Shown: positions 25,904-40,200 of the stretch, one piece after another
Numbering within the stretch: the stretch's first letter is position 1
How the letters are laid out: each line of letters starts with the position of its first letter
Assembly: GCA_943704425.1 (NCBI GenBank)
Contig: CALSCP010002175.1
Span: 1 to 64,000 of the forward strand
Length of the DNA: 64,000 nucleotides
Direction: 5' to 3'
DNA from: Ministeria vibrans ATCC 50519
Taxonomy: Eukaryota > Protista > Filasterea
Notes under the pieces: model-generated
Told to the model about the DNA's origin: nothing
Databases searched by the model: none
Seen by the model: the letters and a program-made list of their open reading frames with translations, nothing else
Translations under genes and position numbers: made by a program

Positions 25904-27817
25904 ATGTCGTCACCAGCCATCGGCATTGATCTGGGCACCACCTTCTCGTGTGTCGGTGTCTACGAAAACAACCAAGTCACCATCATCGCAAACGACCAGG
26001 GCAACCGCACCACCCCCTCCTACGTCGCCTTCACCGACACCGAACGTCTTGTGGGCGACGCCGCCAAGAACCAGGCCGCCATGAATCCGGCCAACACCAT
26101 TTTCGATGCCAAGCGTCTGATTGGCCGCGAATTTTCCGACGCGTCCGTGCAGTCGGACATGAAGCACTGGCCGTTCGCGGTCAAGGCGGACGCGGCAGGC
26201 CTGCCGGTCATTGAGGCCGAGTACAAGGGCGAGCGCAAGCAGTTCAAGCCGCAGGAGGTCAGTTCGATGGTCCTTGTCAAGATGAAGGAGACCGCCGAGG
26301 CGTACCTGGGCAAGCAGGTCAAGGACGCGGTCATCACGGTGCCCGCCTACTTCAACAACGCCCAGCGCGAGGCCACAAAGGACGCCGCGATCATTGCGGG
26401 TCTCAACCCCCTGCGCATCATCAACGAGCCGACAGCGGCGGCCATTGCCTACGGCCTCGACAAGAAGGCGGGCGAGAAAAACGTCCTCATTTTCGACTTG
26501 GGCGGCGGTACCTTTGACGTCTCGGTGCTCACCATGGACGGCGGCATCTTTGAGGTGCGCGCTACCGCCGGCGACACCCACTTGGGTGGCGAGGATTTTG
26601 ACAACCGTCTCGTGCAGCACTTGTGCGACGACTTCCGCCGCACCCACAAGAAGGACCTGAAGCAGTCGGCGCGCTCTCTGCGTCGTCTGCGCACCGCCTG
26701 CGAACGCGCCAAGCGCGCCCTCAGCAACAGTGCCACAGCAACCGTCGAGGTCGACGCACTCTACGAGGGCATCGACTACAACAAGACGATCACGCGCGCG
26801 CGCTTCGAAGAGCTCTGCTCCGACCTCTTCCGCGGCACTCTCGAGCCGGTTGAGCGCGCCTTGCGCGACGCCAAGCTCGACAAGGGCGCCATTGACGAGG
26901 TTGTGCTCGTAGGCGGCTCCACACGCATTCCCAAGGTGCAGAAGCTGCTGCAGGACTTTTTCCACGGCAAGACGCTCAACAAGTCGATCAACCCGGACGA
27001 GGCGGTGGCTTACGGCGCCGCAGCTCAGGCGGCGATTCTGCGAGGCGACACCTCGGGCAAGCTTGGAGACATGGTCGTCATCGACTGCACCCCCCTCAGC
27101 GTGGGTCTCGAAACCGCCGGTGGAGTCATGACAACGCTGGTGGAGCGCAGCACAGCCATTCCCGCGTCGCGCAAGCAAACCTTCTCGACGTACGCCGACA
27201 ACCAGCCGGGCGTGCTCATCCAGGTGTATGAGGGCGAGCGCGCCATGACGAAGAACAACAACCTCCTCGGCAAGTTTGAGCTCACGGGTATTGCTCCGGC
27301 GCCTCGCGGTGTCCCGCAAATCGAAGTGACCTTTGACATTGACGCCAATGGCATTCTGAACGTGAGTGCGCGCGACCAGGCGACAGGGAAGGAAAACAAG
27401 ATTACCATCACCAACGACCACGGACGCATGAGCAAGGCGGACGTCGAGCGACTGGTGCGCGAGGCCGAGCAGTACAAGGCGGAAGACGAGCAGCTGCGCG
27501 AGAAGATCCAGGCCAAGAACGCCCTCGAGAGCTACTGCTTCCACGTCAAGCAGAGTGCAGAGGACCCACAGACAAGCGCCAAGCTGGGCGCCAACGACGC
27601 GGAGACTATCACGCGCGCCGCCACCGAGACCCTCAACTGGCTCGACTCCAACCAGCTGGGCGAGGCCGACGAGTTTGCGGCCAAGCAGAAGGAACTGGAG
27701 CAGGTGGTCAACCCCATCATGAGCAAGATGCATCAACAGCAGGCAGGCGGATGCGGCACTGAGGCCGGTCAGGGTGCGCCCCAGCAAAGCGGTCCAACCG
27801 TCGAAGAAATGGACTAA
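25904..27817 (+). CDS. HSP70: Cytosolic heat shock protein 70, intronless
   Basis: [38 protein letters not shown]; C-terminus GPTVEEMD. True ATG is 25904 (the track's start at 25721 extends into the promoter). Confidence 0.98.
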   Translation: MSSPAIGIDLGTTFSCVGVYENNQVTIIANDQGNRTTPSYVAFTDTERLVGDAAKNQAAMNPANTIFDAKRLIGREFSDASVQSDMKHWPFAVKADAAGLPVIEAEYKGERKQFKPQEVSSMVLVKMKETAEAYLGKQVKDAVITVPAYFNNAQREATKDAAIIAGLNPLRIINEPTAAAIAYGLDKKAGEKNVLIFDLGGGTFDVSVLTMDGGIFEVRATAGDTHLGGEDFDNRLVQHLCDDFRRTHKKDLKQSARSLRRLRTACERAKRALSNSATATVEVDALYEGIDYNKTITRARFEELCSDLFRGTLEPVERALRDAKLDKGAIDEVVLVGGSTRIPKVQKLLQDFFHGKTLNKSINPDEAVAYGAAAQAAILRGDTSGKLGDMVVIDCTPLSVGLETAGGVMTTLVERSTAIPASRKQTFSTYADNQPGVLIQVYEGERAMTKNNNLLGKFELTGIAPAPRGVPQIEVTFDIDANGILNVSARDQATGKENKITITNDHGRMSKADVERLVREAEQYKAEDEQLREKIQAKNALESYCFHVKQSAEDPQTSAKLGANDAETITRAATETLNWLDSNQLGEADEFAAKQKELEQVVNPIMSKMHQQQAGGCGTEAGQGAPQQSGPTVEEMD

Positions 27818-28230
27818 AAAGGAAGCATTATAATTATATTTTTTGTAGAGTAAACAAATCTCCACCATTCATACCTATGTTTTACATGACGCGACCAGCT
27901 GACATTTTTTTTTCTATTTTTTTGAACATACTTATTGCTCGTATTAGATAACCAAAAGAGAGAGTCGGCACAGAGAGGTTCAGTTGCACCCTTTCAAAAC
28001 AACTTAATGAAGGAAGCAACTTTCATCAAATTGCATGAATCGTCATAATAATTATTATTATGATAATTATGATCTTGACGATAATTGTCAATGTGCTTGA
28101 TGGAGGTTGTGGGGTGTGATCCTGTAGAGGCTTACAAGTCATGTTTTGACGTTGAGTACAGCTCTTGTGGATTCTCTGGAGATTCTCTTCATACTTATTC
28201 TTAACAAATCATTCACATTCACATTTTTTG

Positions 28231-31200
28231 ATGATAACTTCGTCCCGCTCGTCGACAGCCCCATCGCTGGCACCGCTGGGGGCGGCGAGCGCCCCGGCCT
28301 TGCGTACTGGCATTGGTCGCAAGGAACAAAAAACAAAATACCCTCCTGTCATCCCAGCCAATCAACACCCTCCAGGCCCTCTTGCCCCCAGCGAGTACAA
28401 TCGTATTGCTCAGCTTTCCACCGCCGACAGACTCAAACAAGTAGCCCTCGAAGAAAATCAATTCAAAAGTCGTCTCCATGGTGATACTCATCATTTTCGT
28501 CGTTTTTGTATCACACAGCTCAAGGAAGTCCATCGCCCTGTTGTTCAGACCATCCGCGACATGGAGGCAACAACGGTGCACAAAACGTCGCGCGTCTCCA
28601 TCGACATTCCTCTCTTTCAACCTTTTCCAAGTCAGATTATCTTTCAAAACTGGAAACCACTCGAAACGTATTCTGTGCCACTCGTTTTACGCAACGAAGA
28701 CAGCGTAAGTCGTTCTTCTCTCATCGCCCTGCCCCTTCTCCGCATTCTGCTTCGACCACTCATTTTCCCTTTGCCGTTTTCCTGTTAGGTCTCTCGAAAT
28801 GTCAGTGTTGACGAATACGATCATCCCAATTTCCGACTTGTGCCTCCTTCGTCGTCTTCGTCCTCCGCGTCGTCTCTTGTAGCTCCCGGCATGGCCGTCA
28901 CGTACACCGTTGAATTCCGTCCGGACCGTGCCGTAGACCACGAGAGCCAATTGACAGTGCGGACAGACCGCGAAACGTTTACCCTGCCCGTTGTTGCGCT
29001 TGGCCCTCGCGGCCTCGCCACCTTGCCCGACGCGCTGAGCTTTGGAACGTGTCCCACGCGTCATCCTTCTTCAAAAACTGTCTTCGTCTCCAATGTGGGC
29101 ACCGCCTGTGTGCACTACCGTGCCGAAATCATTGAGGGTCCCTTTGGCGTCTCGCCCGAAACGGGCCGCATCGAACGCGACGACCATAGCGCCACCACGG
29201 TGCTTCCACTTGAGATCACGTTTCAACCACTCCGCATTGGGTCGTTTCGTGGCTCTCTGCTGTTCACCTACGACACAGGTGAGCAGGTCGTGGTGCAACT
29301 CGAGGGACAGGCCGAGGACGTCAACGTGCGTCTCGATCGTTCTTCACTCCGTCTCGAGCCCGCCTACCTCGGCATTCCCACTCGCCAAACCCTTCAGCTT
29401 ATCAACCGGAGCTCCATCAAGGTGCACTTTGAGTGGAAGGCCCACGCAAGTCCAGCCGACGACGACCACGCACGCCAACGCGAGCACACCGAAACTCAGT
29501 CACGCGCCGAGTCCCGCTTTCGCACCCTCACCTCACTCGAGCCAGATCAGTCGCATCTTGAGGCTCTCCTTCGCCACCGCTTTCACCTTGAGCATTTTGC
29601 TATCGACGCCGACTCCCGCCTCTTTTCCAACGGCACCTTTGCTATCGAGCCCGTTTCGGGCACCCTCTGGCCCAGCGCTTCCACCCAAGTCACTGTTGTT
29701 TTTTGCGCCCAGACTCCCGGTGATTTCCTTGAATCCGTCTTTTGCGACGTCTCTGGTCGCCAAGAGCGTCTTGCTCTCTCCCTCAAAGGTTTCAAAAAAA
29801 AAAAAAAAAAAAGATAGATTGACATGGATCAACTTTGTAGGAACTGGTGTGGGGCCACAGTTGAAATTCTCATATGACACGCTCAATGTGGGACAAGTGG
29901 TGGCCAATTCGCAGCATCGGTACGAAGCAATGCTAGAGAACCACGGGGACATTGCAGCGACATTTGCACTGGCATCCAAAGTGCCCACACTCGACATTGA
30001 GCCGAAGAGTGGAAAACTGCTGCCTGGCAACACAGTTGCTATGCAAATTGCGCTCTGTTCACACACGCTGGGGGATTTTGCACACACTTTGGTCTTTGAC
30101 GTGCCCCATGCGCAGTTGTCGCTGGACCTTTGTGGCTCAGTGGTCCCTCCAACATTTCACACGTCTGTGGATGCAATAGAATTTGGCACCGTGGCCTATG
30201 GGTTTCCCTCTACGCGCTCCTTTGATTTGCTCAACGACAGTCGCCTTGATCTCGAGTTTTTGCTGGCTTTCTCCAATGGTGATCCCCTTGATGAATTCCA
30301 ACTGGCACCCGCACAAAGAGTGACCGTTGCGGCCCACGCGCGCCGCTCCATCACCGTTACCCTTACCAGCAAGTGTGTCCTTGACGCATACGCTTCCGCC
30401 TACTCACTGCTGTTTCGCGTTGCCCATGTCGACGCTGTTCTTTTTGCTTTGCCCATCGTCGCGCACAGCGTCGCTCCCCAAGTCACCGTTGCAACGCCTC
30501 TTCTTGAGTATGGTCTCTGCTGCATTGGCCACCCGTACACACGCCAAGTCGAGCTCAACACCACCAGTGCCAGCGCCGCTCTTCCGGCCCGCTATGAACT
30601 CCTCCCGCCAAAACCCGACGCGAAACTCACCGTGGCCCCACCACCCGGCGAGTTTTCTTGCGGCGTAGTCGGTGCCAATGGCGTAGCGGCCCTCGTCAAT
30701 CTCAATGTGACTGCTCTTGCACTCGGTGAGCACACCACCACCGCTCACTTTCGCATTCTTGGTCGTAACGGTGAGCCGCCTCTCGCCGTCCAAATTCAGT
30801 GCCGTGCCATTGGACCCACCATCACCTGCAAGTCGCGTCTCTCCTTTGGTGCCATTCCCGCCCTCGTTCCCGCCACACGCACTCTCTCTGTCCACAACAG
30901 CTCCCCCGTCCACGCTCATTTGACCCTTGGGCTCACGGGCACAGGACGTCGCGCATTCACCCTCAACACCCCTACCTATGTGGTGCCGCCACGCTCCACC
31001 CTCGACATCCCCATTGTTGCCACACTGGACGATATTGCCAAATTTGTCGCTCAGCTCTCACTCACCGTACGTCACTGCGCCGAACCTATCACAGTCACAC
31101 TCACGGCCACCGGCACCGGCACCACCATCACTTCGGCGAGTCCACTCCCACACACCCTCCATTACGGCTCCGTCTTCACCCGTCGCCCTACACACCACAC

Positions 31201-34200
31201 ACTCACGCTGCGCAACGAAGGTGCCCGCCCACAGTCTCTCACATGGATCTGGCGCTCTGCTCAACGGCGTGCCATTCACGCCAAACGCGTCGCCTCGCAA
31301 GCGTCAGGCCGTCCGCGTCTCCTCCAAAAACAGGACGCGTCCACTCGGGCCTCTCTCTCTCCCACCAACACCGACGATATGATCTCGTCCAACTCTATCC
31401 ACCTTGGCTTTGCTGTCTCTCCCGAGCACTTCACTCTCGCTCCCGGCGAACAGCTCACCGTCACTCTCACCGCACTCAGCGATGTACCTCAGTCGAACGC
31501 ACACGAATCTCTCGAGTGCGTCACCGAATTTGTCGGTGCCATGCCTCGCGCCTCCTTCAAAATCTTTGAGCTTGACGTGTGTGCCGACTTTGTCAATCCG
31601 CTCGTGAGCTTTTCAGTGCCGTCAGTGCACTTTGAGCATCTTCAGATGGACGCTTCCACTCCACAAGTGCTCTACGCCGACCTGGATCTCGCCAACAGCT
31701 CACCCTTGCCCCTCACCGTCGCGCTCTCGTGTACCCTTCCTTTCACTCTAGTCGACGACAGCAGTACGCATGCATCAACAACAACCCTTGAGCCCAACGC
31801 ACAACTGCCCGTTCGCATTGCATTCGATCCTGACTTTGCCCGTGATCGTCTTTGCGCTCACCCGTCTACTCTGCTGGTTGCCTCGTACGGCGACGACCAC
31901 CCACAGACCGACTCCATTCCCATCAGTGCCGATGCACTCTTCCCCAACCTTTCCTTGTCAGTCGCCTCCGTCGAGTTCTCTCCTACTCTCCACGACACAG
32001 AGTCCACGCAGATTATTACACTCGACAATGCCAGTGACCATCTGCCCGTTGACTTCTCATGGTCTTTTGAATGTGACGATGCCGACAATGAGAGCACCTT
32101 TCCACCACAGACAGTCTTTGACATGCTACCGCTCGCGAGTACCATCGAACCGGGCGCCCGCCAATCCGTCTCAGTGTCGTTCTTTGCGAGGGCTCAACGG
32201 CCCTTTCGCGCCACTGCTCTGTGTCACATTGCACACGGTGGTCCCACCTACCGTCTGCCTCTCTCGGGTGTGGGTGTCCCGCCCATCCATTGTCACCTCG
32301 ATAAGAGCCACATTGACTTTGGTGCCGTGCCCTATCGCACACTCGAAACGGCACAACTTGCGCTCACCAACCCAAGCAAAGCTCCCTCTTCATTCAGCAT
32401 TCTTCAGCCCAAGTGTAGTGCCTTCTCTGTCGAACTTCCAAGTGACGCCTCGGCCGTGCTCGCACCGGGTGAGACCCTTGTCCTTCGTGTGATTTTCGAA
32501 CCCGACACTCCCGACAGCTTCACGTCGTCCTTTCACGTTCAATTCGCCCACTTTGATCCTCATCCCGTCACCTGCTCGGGCTTAGGCGCCTTTGCCTTTG
32601 CCACGGTAGACCTGCCACTTGCACAAGAGTCGCTCACAGACAATGCGGATGCCTGGCTTGTGCGTCTGCGCCAACACCTCACCCTTGGCACGGCTCCTTT
32701 GGCGCGTCTCGTGGGCGCACACTATCTATGTGACTTTGGCCCTGTCGTGCGTGGCGAGTCTCTCTCGCGCACTTTTCATGTCACAAACAAAGGGCTGCTG
32801 CCTACTGCGTTTGGCGTAGACCAACGCGCACTCGGACGTGGTCTTCTGCTTCAGCCTGCGCGCCTTGCGTCGCTCTTACCAGACACCACCAGCGCCTCCT
32901 TTACCGTCACCCTCAACTCGAGCGACACCGATGCGGACACACCGCAGCTGGAGCGCACGCTACGCTGTGTGCTTGACTCGCGTACCGCTGTTCACATCAT
33001 AGTCGCAGCGCACATTGTCGTCCCGTCCATTGCACTCGACACAGACACGATCGACTTCGGTCGTCTCTTTGTGGGTCAGCGCAAATCGGTCACTGTGCAG
33101 CTGCGTAACAGCTCGGACTGCGTGCCCACGTCGTGGCGCTGGAGCGAACCCCAGATTGTTCAAAACGCCAAACCCAAACACGACTTTTCCATCTCGCCCG
33201 TGTCGGGCACACTCAAACCGAGCGAGTGCATCAACCTGACTGTGACGCTTACTCCTCGTCACCGTCAGTCCTACGACGTCTCTTTACTCTTCCTCACCAA
33301 ATCAAATCCACAACACACGCACCTCAAGTGTGTCGCAGACGCAGGCGATCCACTCATTGAGTTGTCTGTGCTCTCACTTGCACTCCCACCCATCATTCCC
33401 TATGGCACAGTTCAACAACAGCTGTTTACGGTGCGCAACAACGAACGCATGTCCATTGAGCTCATAGCGCTCGACTACGACTCACAGTACGCGCTGGAGC
33501 AGCGCACACTCGCTCATGCGTCCGGCTACGACGCCTCCACTGCAACAGCACTCTTGCCCACCCGTCAACCGGGTGAGCCCCTTGCGCCCGAGCTCACCAA
33601 AGACATCAGCCGAAATACCACTCATGAGCGCGACACTGACATGGAGTGTTCCATCCCGTCTGCCTTCAAAGCAGCTTGCACTCGCTACGAGTCGTCGCTG
33701 TGGCCCTTGCGACAGCGCTCGCTGCTCGACGCCAGTGTCAACGTACTCCTTCTGGGCCCTTCTCGCTCGGGTTGCTCCAGTCTCGCCCAACGACTTGCGC
33801 TTCGATTCAACTGCCCACACGTTTCCTTTGACGCACTCATTCGCGAGGCAGCATTTCACACAGCAGAACTCGCAGAGGCCATTCGCCTTGCCGATTCTAA
33901 CACCACTGACACGGACGACACGACTTCTCTGTCGCGTTCAGTGCCCACTGTTCTGCTTGTCGACACCCTGCGCGACTTCCTATTGCACTCGAACGTGTAC
34001 CACACAGGTGTGATTGTCGACAACATTTACACGCCACTGTGTGCTTCTACACTTGCCGCGTGTGTGTCGTGTCTCCTACGCATTTTGCGGCGCGATCGCA
34101 AGTGCATTCTTGCGGTGCGGCTCGTCGCCTCGGCGGACACCATCGTCGCGCGTGCCACAGCGCAACGCAACGACCGTCGTGCGGCCGAGCTGGAGCGCTT

Positions 34201-37200
34201 GCGTGTGCCACTGGTGGAGCGACTCAGCGAAGACGACTACGACGCTCTCGACGACACAGCCAAGAGTGACTACGACGTGGCACTGCGTCTCGAGAAACAG
34301 CGTCTGGCCTTTGAGGCCGAGCAGGCACGCCAAGCAGAGCTGGAGCGCGAAGAGGCACTTGCCGCACGTGCTCTTGTCGAGTCCAAACAGGCGCGACGCA
34401 AACAACAACGCGCATCCTCAGAGAGTCCCACTGCCATGACCACGGCGCGTCGTCGCTCTTCAGTCAATGCCACGCCCGAGTCACTTCTCCTCAATGTTTC
34501 TTCAACACGTCGCACCAGCGGTTCTGTCTCGCCCGCGCCCATCCATTTTCCTGCCAATGAGCTTGAGGACGAGCAAGAAGACAGCGCACTGCGCGACAAA
34601 TTGACGGCCTTTTGCGACGGATGGGAAACCGTTGAAGCCATTCTGCGTGTGCGAGGCGACCCGATCTCCATTGACACGCCAACTGCCGACGCCAGTAGTA
34701 GTACAAGTGCTGGTGGTGCTGGTGGCTCGACACGGAGGAAGAATGCAACGCAGTTGTCTAAAGGACGCTCACAGCAACAACAAGAACAGCAGCTCAAGCG
34801 CGTTCTGCAGCAGGAACTGCAGCACATGGACACGTTCACGAGAGAAGGCCAACAGGGCATTCCCGACGCATGTGAGCACGTTGATGTGATTCACATTGAC
34901 ACGGACAACGCCACATGCGACGAGTGTGCAGCCACTGTCTCGCGTGTGCTTCCGTCGGCCGAGCTCATTGCGCACGAGCGTGCTCGAGCACTTATGCCCG
35001 AGACTCCTCTTGCTCCTGCTCTCTTTGACATTGTCCATCGTCCCGATGTGGCAGACGCCAACCCTCGCTATAGTTCAACCGAGCCCTTTGGCTTTTCCTT
35101 TGCGTCCTCCGGGTCCCACTCTGCAAGTGATGTTTTCTCTCCCGCATCAGCAGCGACGCTGTTCACTCTGGCCGAACCGGACGAGCTCATGACTGTCGCT
35201 CCAGCAGACAAGTCTCGCAGCAAACGCGCTCGCAATCCATCTGCGTCCCTGTCCACTCCCGCAGTCGTTCATTCGGCGCCCATTTCAACACCCATGCGAT
35301 GGATTCTCGAATCAGATGCCACTCAGGAATTTACTGTTGCATTTGCGTCGTCGCACACGGGCGAATTCCAGCGTCTTCTGCGCTTTGGTGTTTTGGGCTC
35401 ATCCGCGATCGTCACTCTTCCAGTCACCGCCTCGTGTGTGGTACCCGACATTGGGCGCTACCCTCAAGAGCTTTTTGAGCCCAAGAACATTGTTGAGGCT
35501 CGCTCGCATGACGCACTGCCTGCCTCGGGTGCCTATGTGCTTGCGTCGGGGGTGTATGAGTTTGGCGGACTCCTCTCGGGCCGTCACAAGGAACGGCCCG
35601 CGTCTATTTCCTCAGTGCTCGCCACTCCGAGTTTGGCAAAACATGCCGTTGCCCTTCAGCTGCGCAACGACGGTTCTCTTGCGGTCACAGCCACGCTGGG
35701 GTTCCGCAGCGACGCCAACAATGCAACATTCCATGTGGACCCGCCTGTGCTCGCACTTGAGCCGGGAAATGTCCACACCGTCACAGTCGCCGCCTTTCCT
35801 CGTCTCTCCGGCGTGTTCACCGATGAACTCGTTGTGTCGCTGCGTGACAACCCGTCGCCCTTACGCGTTCCTTTGTCGTGCCATGCGGCGCGTGCTGAGG
35901 TCGAGTACGAGCGCAAAGTGCTCCCGTTTGATCGTACACTTGTGCACCGTCGTGAACAGCGCACCCTCACTGTCCGCAATCCTTCCGTGCTTCCCGTCGC
36001 ATGGCGACTGCTGGACCCCGACAAGATGGACCCGTCGCTCACTGTCACACCTCACTCGGCTGAAATTCCTCCGCTCTCCTCACTCACCGCTACCTTTGAC
36101 TTTATCGCCGAGAAGCCCATGAAGCTTAAAAGTACGCTGCGCTTTGAGACGAGCGACGCAGCACACGTGTTCCCGCCGAGTCAGACTGACACAGTGGTGG
36201 TCACGGCCGAGGCGTACGATGTCGAGTTCAATATGCAGTACCCAAAGCAGTCGCCGCGCTGCCTTGACTTTGGATTTGTAAGCGTCGGCTCTGAAGCCCG
36301 TCAGGTGCTCCAGCTTAAGAACATGGGCCGCTACGAAGTCGCGTACAAGTTTGTTATTGACGACTCTGCCAACCACAATGACATTGAGCAGATTCTCGAC
36401 ATCTCACCCACGTCGGGTGTACTCCCGCCCAACGATCGCTACGTCAACATTGGTGTCCGCGCCCTTGCAACGCGTGAAATTGAGTGGCATCACATGACGG
36501 CACTACGCTGTCAGCTCATTGAGCCGGCGACAGGTGAGATTATCACTTCACTTCCAGTGCGTGTGAGTGTGCTCTCGCGCTACAGTACCTTTGAAGTGGT
36601 CCCTTCGCGCGCCCTTCACTTTGGAGCGCTTGCCTACAACGAGCGATCCGTGCAACTTTTGACCCTTCGCAACACGGGCAAGGCCGAGTTCCGCTACTCG
36701 CTGTGTACCTTGAGCGAGTACAAGGAGCGCCAGGTTGCCGCAGTGGCCGCTGCTGCCGCCGCTTCGCCGACCTTTGACCGCTCAGCCACATCGTCGGCAC
36801 AGTCGACCAATGCGCGTCCTCGTCGCTCCCTGAGCAACTGTGCGAGTCCGCGTCGCGAGCAACAGCAGCAGATTCCCAGTGGAGCAACGCTCAACAAACT
36901 TTTTGCACTTGACAACGCCTTTACCGTGTCGTGTCGTGGGGGCACAGTGGCCGCAGGTGCGACTGCCACCGTGAGTGTTGAGTGTGTTGCCGCGGAGGCC
37001 GGTGAGCACACAGCAGTGCTTGTGGTAGACGTGAGCGATCGCTCGCCTGCGTCACAGCGACGTGGTCCACTGCATGTGCAGGTGAGTGCCGAGGTGGTTG
37101 TGCCGGGCCTCAGTGGCGACCTAAAAGAAGTCTTTGAGGAGCACGCTACACGTACCACAGCCGCCAGTGGTGCGACTTCCATGGTATTTGACAGTGATGA

Positions 37201-40200
37201 AAGTACGTTTCACTTTGGCGCGGTGCGTCTAGGCGACCAAAAGAGCGCGCGTGTAAAGTTGAGCAATCCATTCAAAGTGCCAGCGACTGTCACGCTCACC
37301 ACACACGCCGCACATGGAGGAGGGCACGCAACAGCAAGCGATCGCCGTGGTGGGGGGCGTGTGGGCTCGGCCGGCTCGAGTGTGATGGGTCACTCGTCGC
37401 GTGCTCACCGACCTGTGTCGGTGTTCTCGATAGACACTCCACGTGTGGTAGTGCCTCCGTACGAAAGCATCTACGTAACGGTGGTGTTTGCTCCAGCAGC
37501 TCTTGAGCAAAGTCGTGCGACGCTCGAGGCACAAGTGGAAAATGGCGTAGACCCACAGTCGCGTCAGATCTCCTTTGACCTCAGTGGCTCGTGCACCCTG
37601 CCACGCGTGTCCATTGTCGAGCCACGACCCATGAGTCGTACCGCCAAGAGCAGCGCGTTGTCTCCATCGTGTGCACTGCAGTTTGGTCGTGTGCTGCTTG
37701 GTCGCGAGCGCGAACAGAGCGTCGTGTTGCGCAACGACGGTACTCTTCCGGCGACCGTGTCTATCACACTTTGCAGCAGCAACAACACAAGTCGAGCGAA
37801 CACACGCACTGATCTGACTGTCGTTGAAGATGCGAGCGCGTTCCACATTGAAAAGGGGCTCATAAGCTTACCAGTGACACTCGCCGTTAGCGAACAGTGT
37901 GCGGTGCCTGTGCGGTTCATTCCGTCGGCCGCCGACCAGTCGTATCGCGCAGTGCTGTCGTTGCGTGTCGATGACAACCCCTATGGCGACGCTCAAGTGG
38001 CACTGACTGGCGCGTGCTTTGTCGATGAAGTGCTCTTTGACGGACTTCCTGTGAATGAGACGCTTGACTTTGGTGCGTGTCCCGTGGGTTCGGCCGAGCA
38101 CAAGACTATCTCACTGGTGAACAACAGCAGGCAGATGTGTCGCTTTGAATTCGCCTCTGCGCCTATGGTCTGTGTACGTCCGTCTGTGGGCCACATTGGC
38201 GGGGGAGGCGCCGTCAAAACACTCACAGTGCACTTTGACACGGCTCGACCACGCGAGTCACCTGATGTGGAGGTGGTGTGTCGTGTGGTGTGCATTGCCT
38301 TGGACAACGCGAGTATACATGACGGTGAGAGTCCTAGTGAAGAGTGGTCTTGGGACAATGCTGTGCTGCCCGTGCGCTTCCCGGCTCTACCCAACATGTC
38401 ACGCCGCACCTCAGTGGACCGTCTGCCATCCTTTGAAAAGCTCCAGCGTGAACAACGCACAATAGCAGCAACAAGTGCGGCAACAACGAGCGAGAGTGCG
38501 CCTGAGCCTGCATACACCCCGCTCGACAGGAAGAACGGGACAAGGAAGCTTCTTTTTCATGTGCGCGGTCTTGTCGACTATTGCTCGTTTGACTGTGACA
38601 CTAGTGTGATTGAGTACCGCCCCACGATGATGTTTCAAGCACGCGTGCACACGGTGATGCTCAAGAACACATCGCGGGTTGCAATGCCCTTCAACTGGCT
38701 TGTGCGTGCGAATATCGACCGTATTGTGCCATTCAGTATCTCGCCTGCGAGCGGTACCGTCTCACCCAATGCAGTGCAGCAGTTTAAAGTGCGGTTTGCG
38801 CCACAGAGTGAGGGTACCCTTGAGGCGATTGCCGCGTGTGAACTGGCTAATCTTACGCCAAGTGACAGCGGACCAGCACTGACACTGAGTGGCACGTCAC
38901 AACGACCCATTGTGCATTTCACACTGGACGAGTCGGACTATGTGAGTGGCGGTCGACGCGACACGCCACGACTGCCTGGTCCACCTACCGGCCAAGTGGG
39001 CATGCCTCTGGACCCACTCACGCGTGTCGTTGAGATGGTCTCGTGTGGCGTGCGTGTGCGTACTCGTGCATGCTTCACTGCACTCAACACGACCGACAGG
39101 CGCTTCTCGTTCCGCTGGCGCTGCATTTACCCGCGCACAACCACGCAGACAGCGACTGTGATTGAAACAGGACCTTTCCTGTGTGTCACTCCAAGTGGTG
39201 TGGTGCCAGCGAGTGCATCGGTTGAAATGGAGTTTGTGTACGTGGGGACGAGCAGTGAGTCGGTCACCGAGTCCTTTTGGATGTGTGATGTACCCGAGCA
39301 CAATGTGACCATTCCTTTTTTGCTGGTGGGACTGGCACAGGAGCCGCGTGTGCGCTTTGCCGAGCCTGCAGTGCACTTGGGTGTGCAGCGGGTTGGAGAA
39401 CCCGTGGAGCACACGGTGACGTTGGTCAACGAAGAGGCGTCCGTGATGCACTTTCGCCTGCACAAGCACACGCTTGAGGCGCACTCTGACAATGTCGAGC
39501 TCCATGTGGAGCCTGCGAGTGGCACGGTGCCCGCGAATGGACGTGTGGCGCTGACAGTGCGTGCTGTGGCGCGTGTCGAGCGTTTGATCAATGTCAATGT
39601 GCGTGCGCTAGTGCGACGCAAAGCGACTCCCGTGACGTTTAACCTGAAGATTCAAGGGTATGCGCATCACGAGCGTGTGTACCTGATGAGTGAAGATGGT
39701 GACGAGCAAGCGAGCGTGCGTGCCGGCACGTCGAATGCACGTGAGATTGAGCTGGGTCGTGTACAGACGAACGAGCACGTGGTGCGTCGTGTTGTGGTGG
39801 TGAACGAGGGCACAGAGCCGCTGAAGTTTGATTGGGACGTGAGTGCGGGACGTGAGACGGTCCGTCGGTGTGTACTCAATGCGACGGCGGAGGCACACGA
39901 GCGTGAGTTGCGTGAGGCGCTCACCGTATCACCGGCAAGTGCAACGGTGGGTGCAGGCAAGCAACTTGTGTGTTCCGTTGCACTGCGCGCGCCGCATCGC
40001 ATGACACTTCGCGATGTGCGTGTGCAGTGCCGCATCCGTGATGGTCGTGTATACACGCTCATAGTAAGTGCGCAAGTGCACACAAGTCTGGTGCACTTTT
40101 CGTCGCGCTCTCTTGACTTTGGAGCGGTGACGGTAAGCGGCACGTCGGCACGCCAGAGCATTGAGGTACACAATCGCGACCAAACAGCCAGTGCGACGCT

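Noticed and set aside
27803-27817. HSP70 ending EEMD instead of EEVD
   Set aside because: A conservative variant of the motif; not notable alone.
25910-27868. 652-aa antisense ORF opposite HSP70
   Set aside because: Well-known shadow ORF produced by Hsp70 codon bias; no independent evidence.
29042-29840. N-terminal about 266 aa of the 4541-aa track ORF
   Set aside because: Wrong frame. Hydin-like sequence is in the 28789-29788 exon and splices to 29841.
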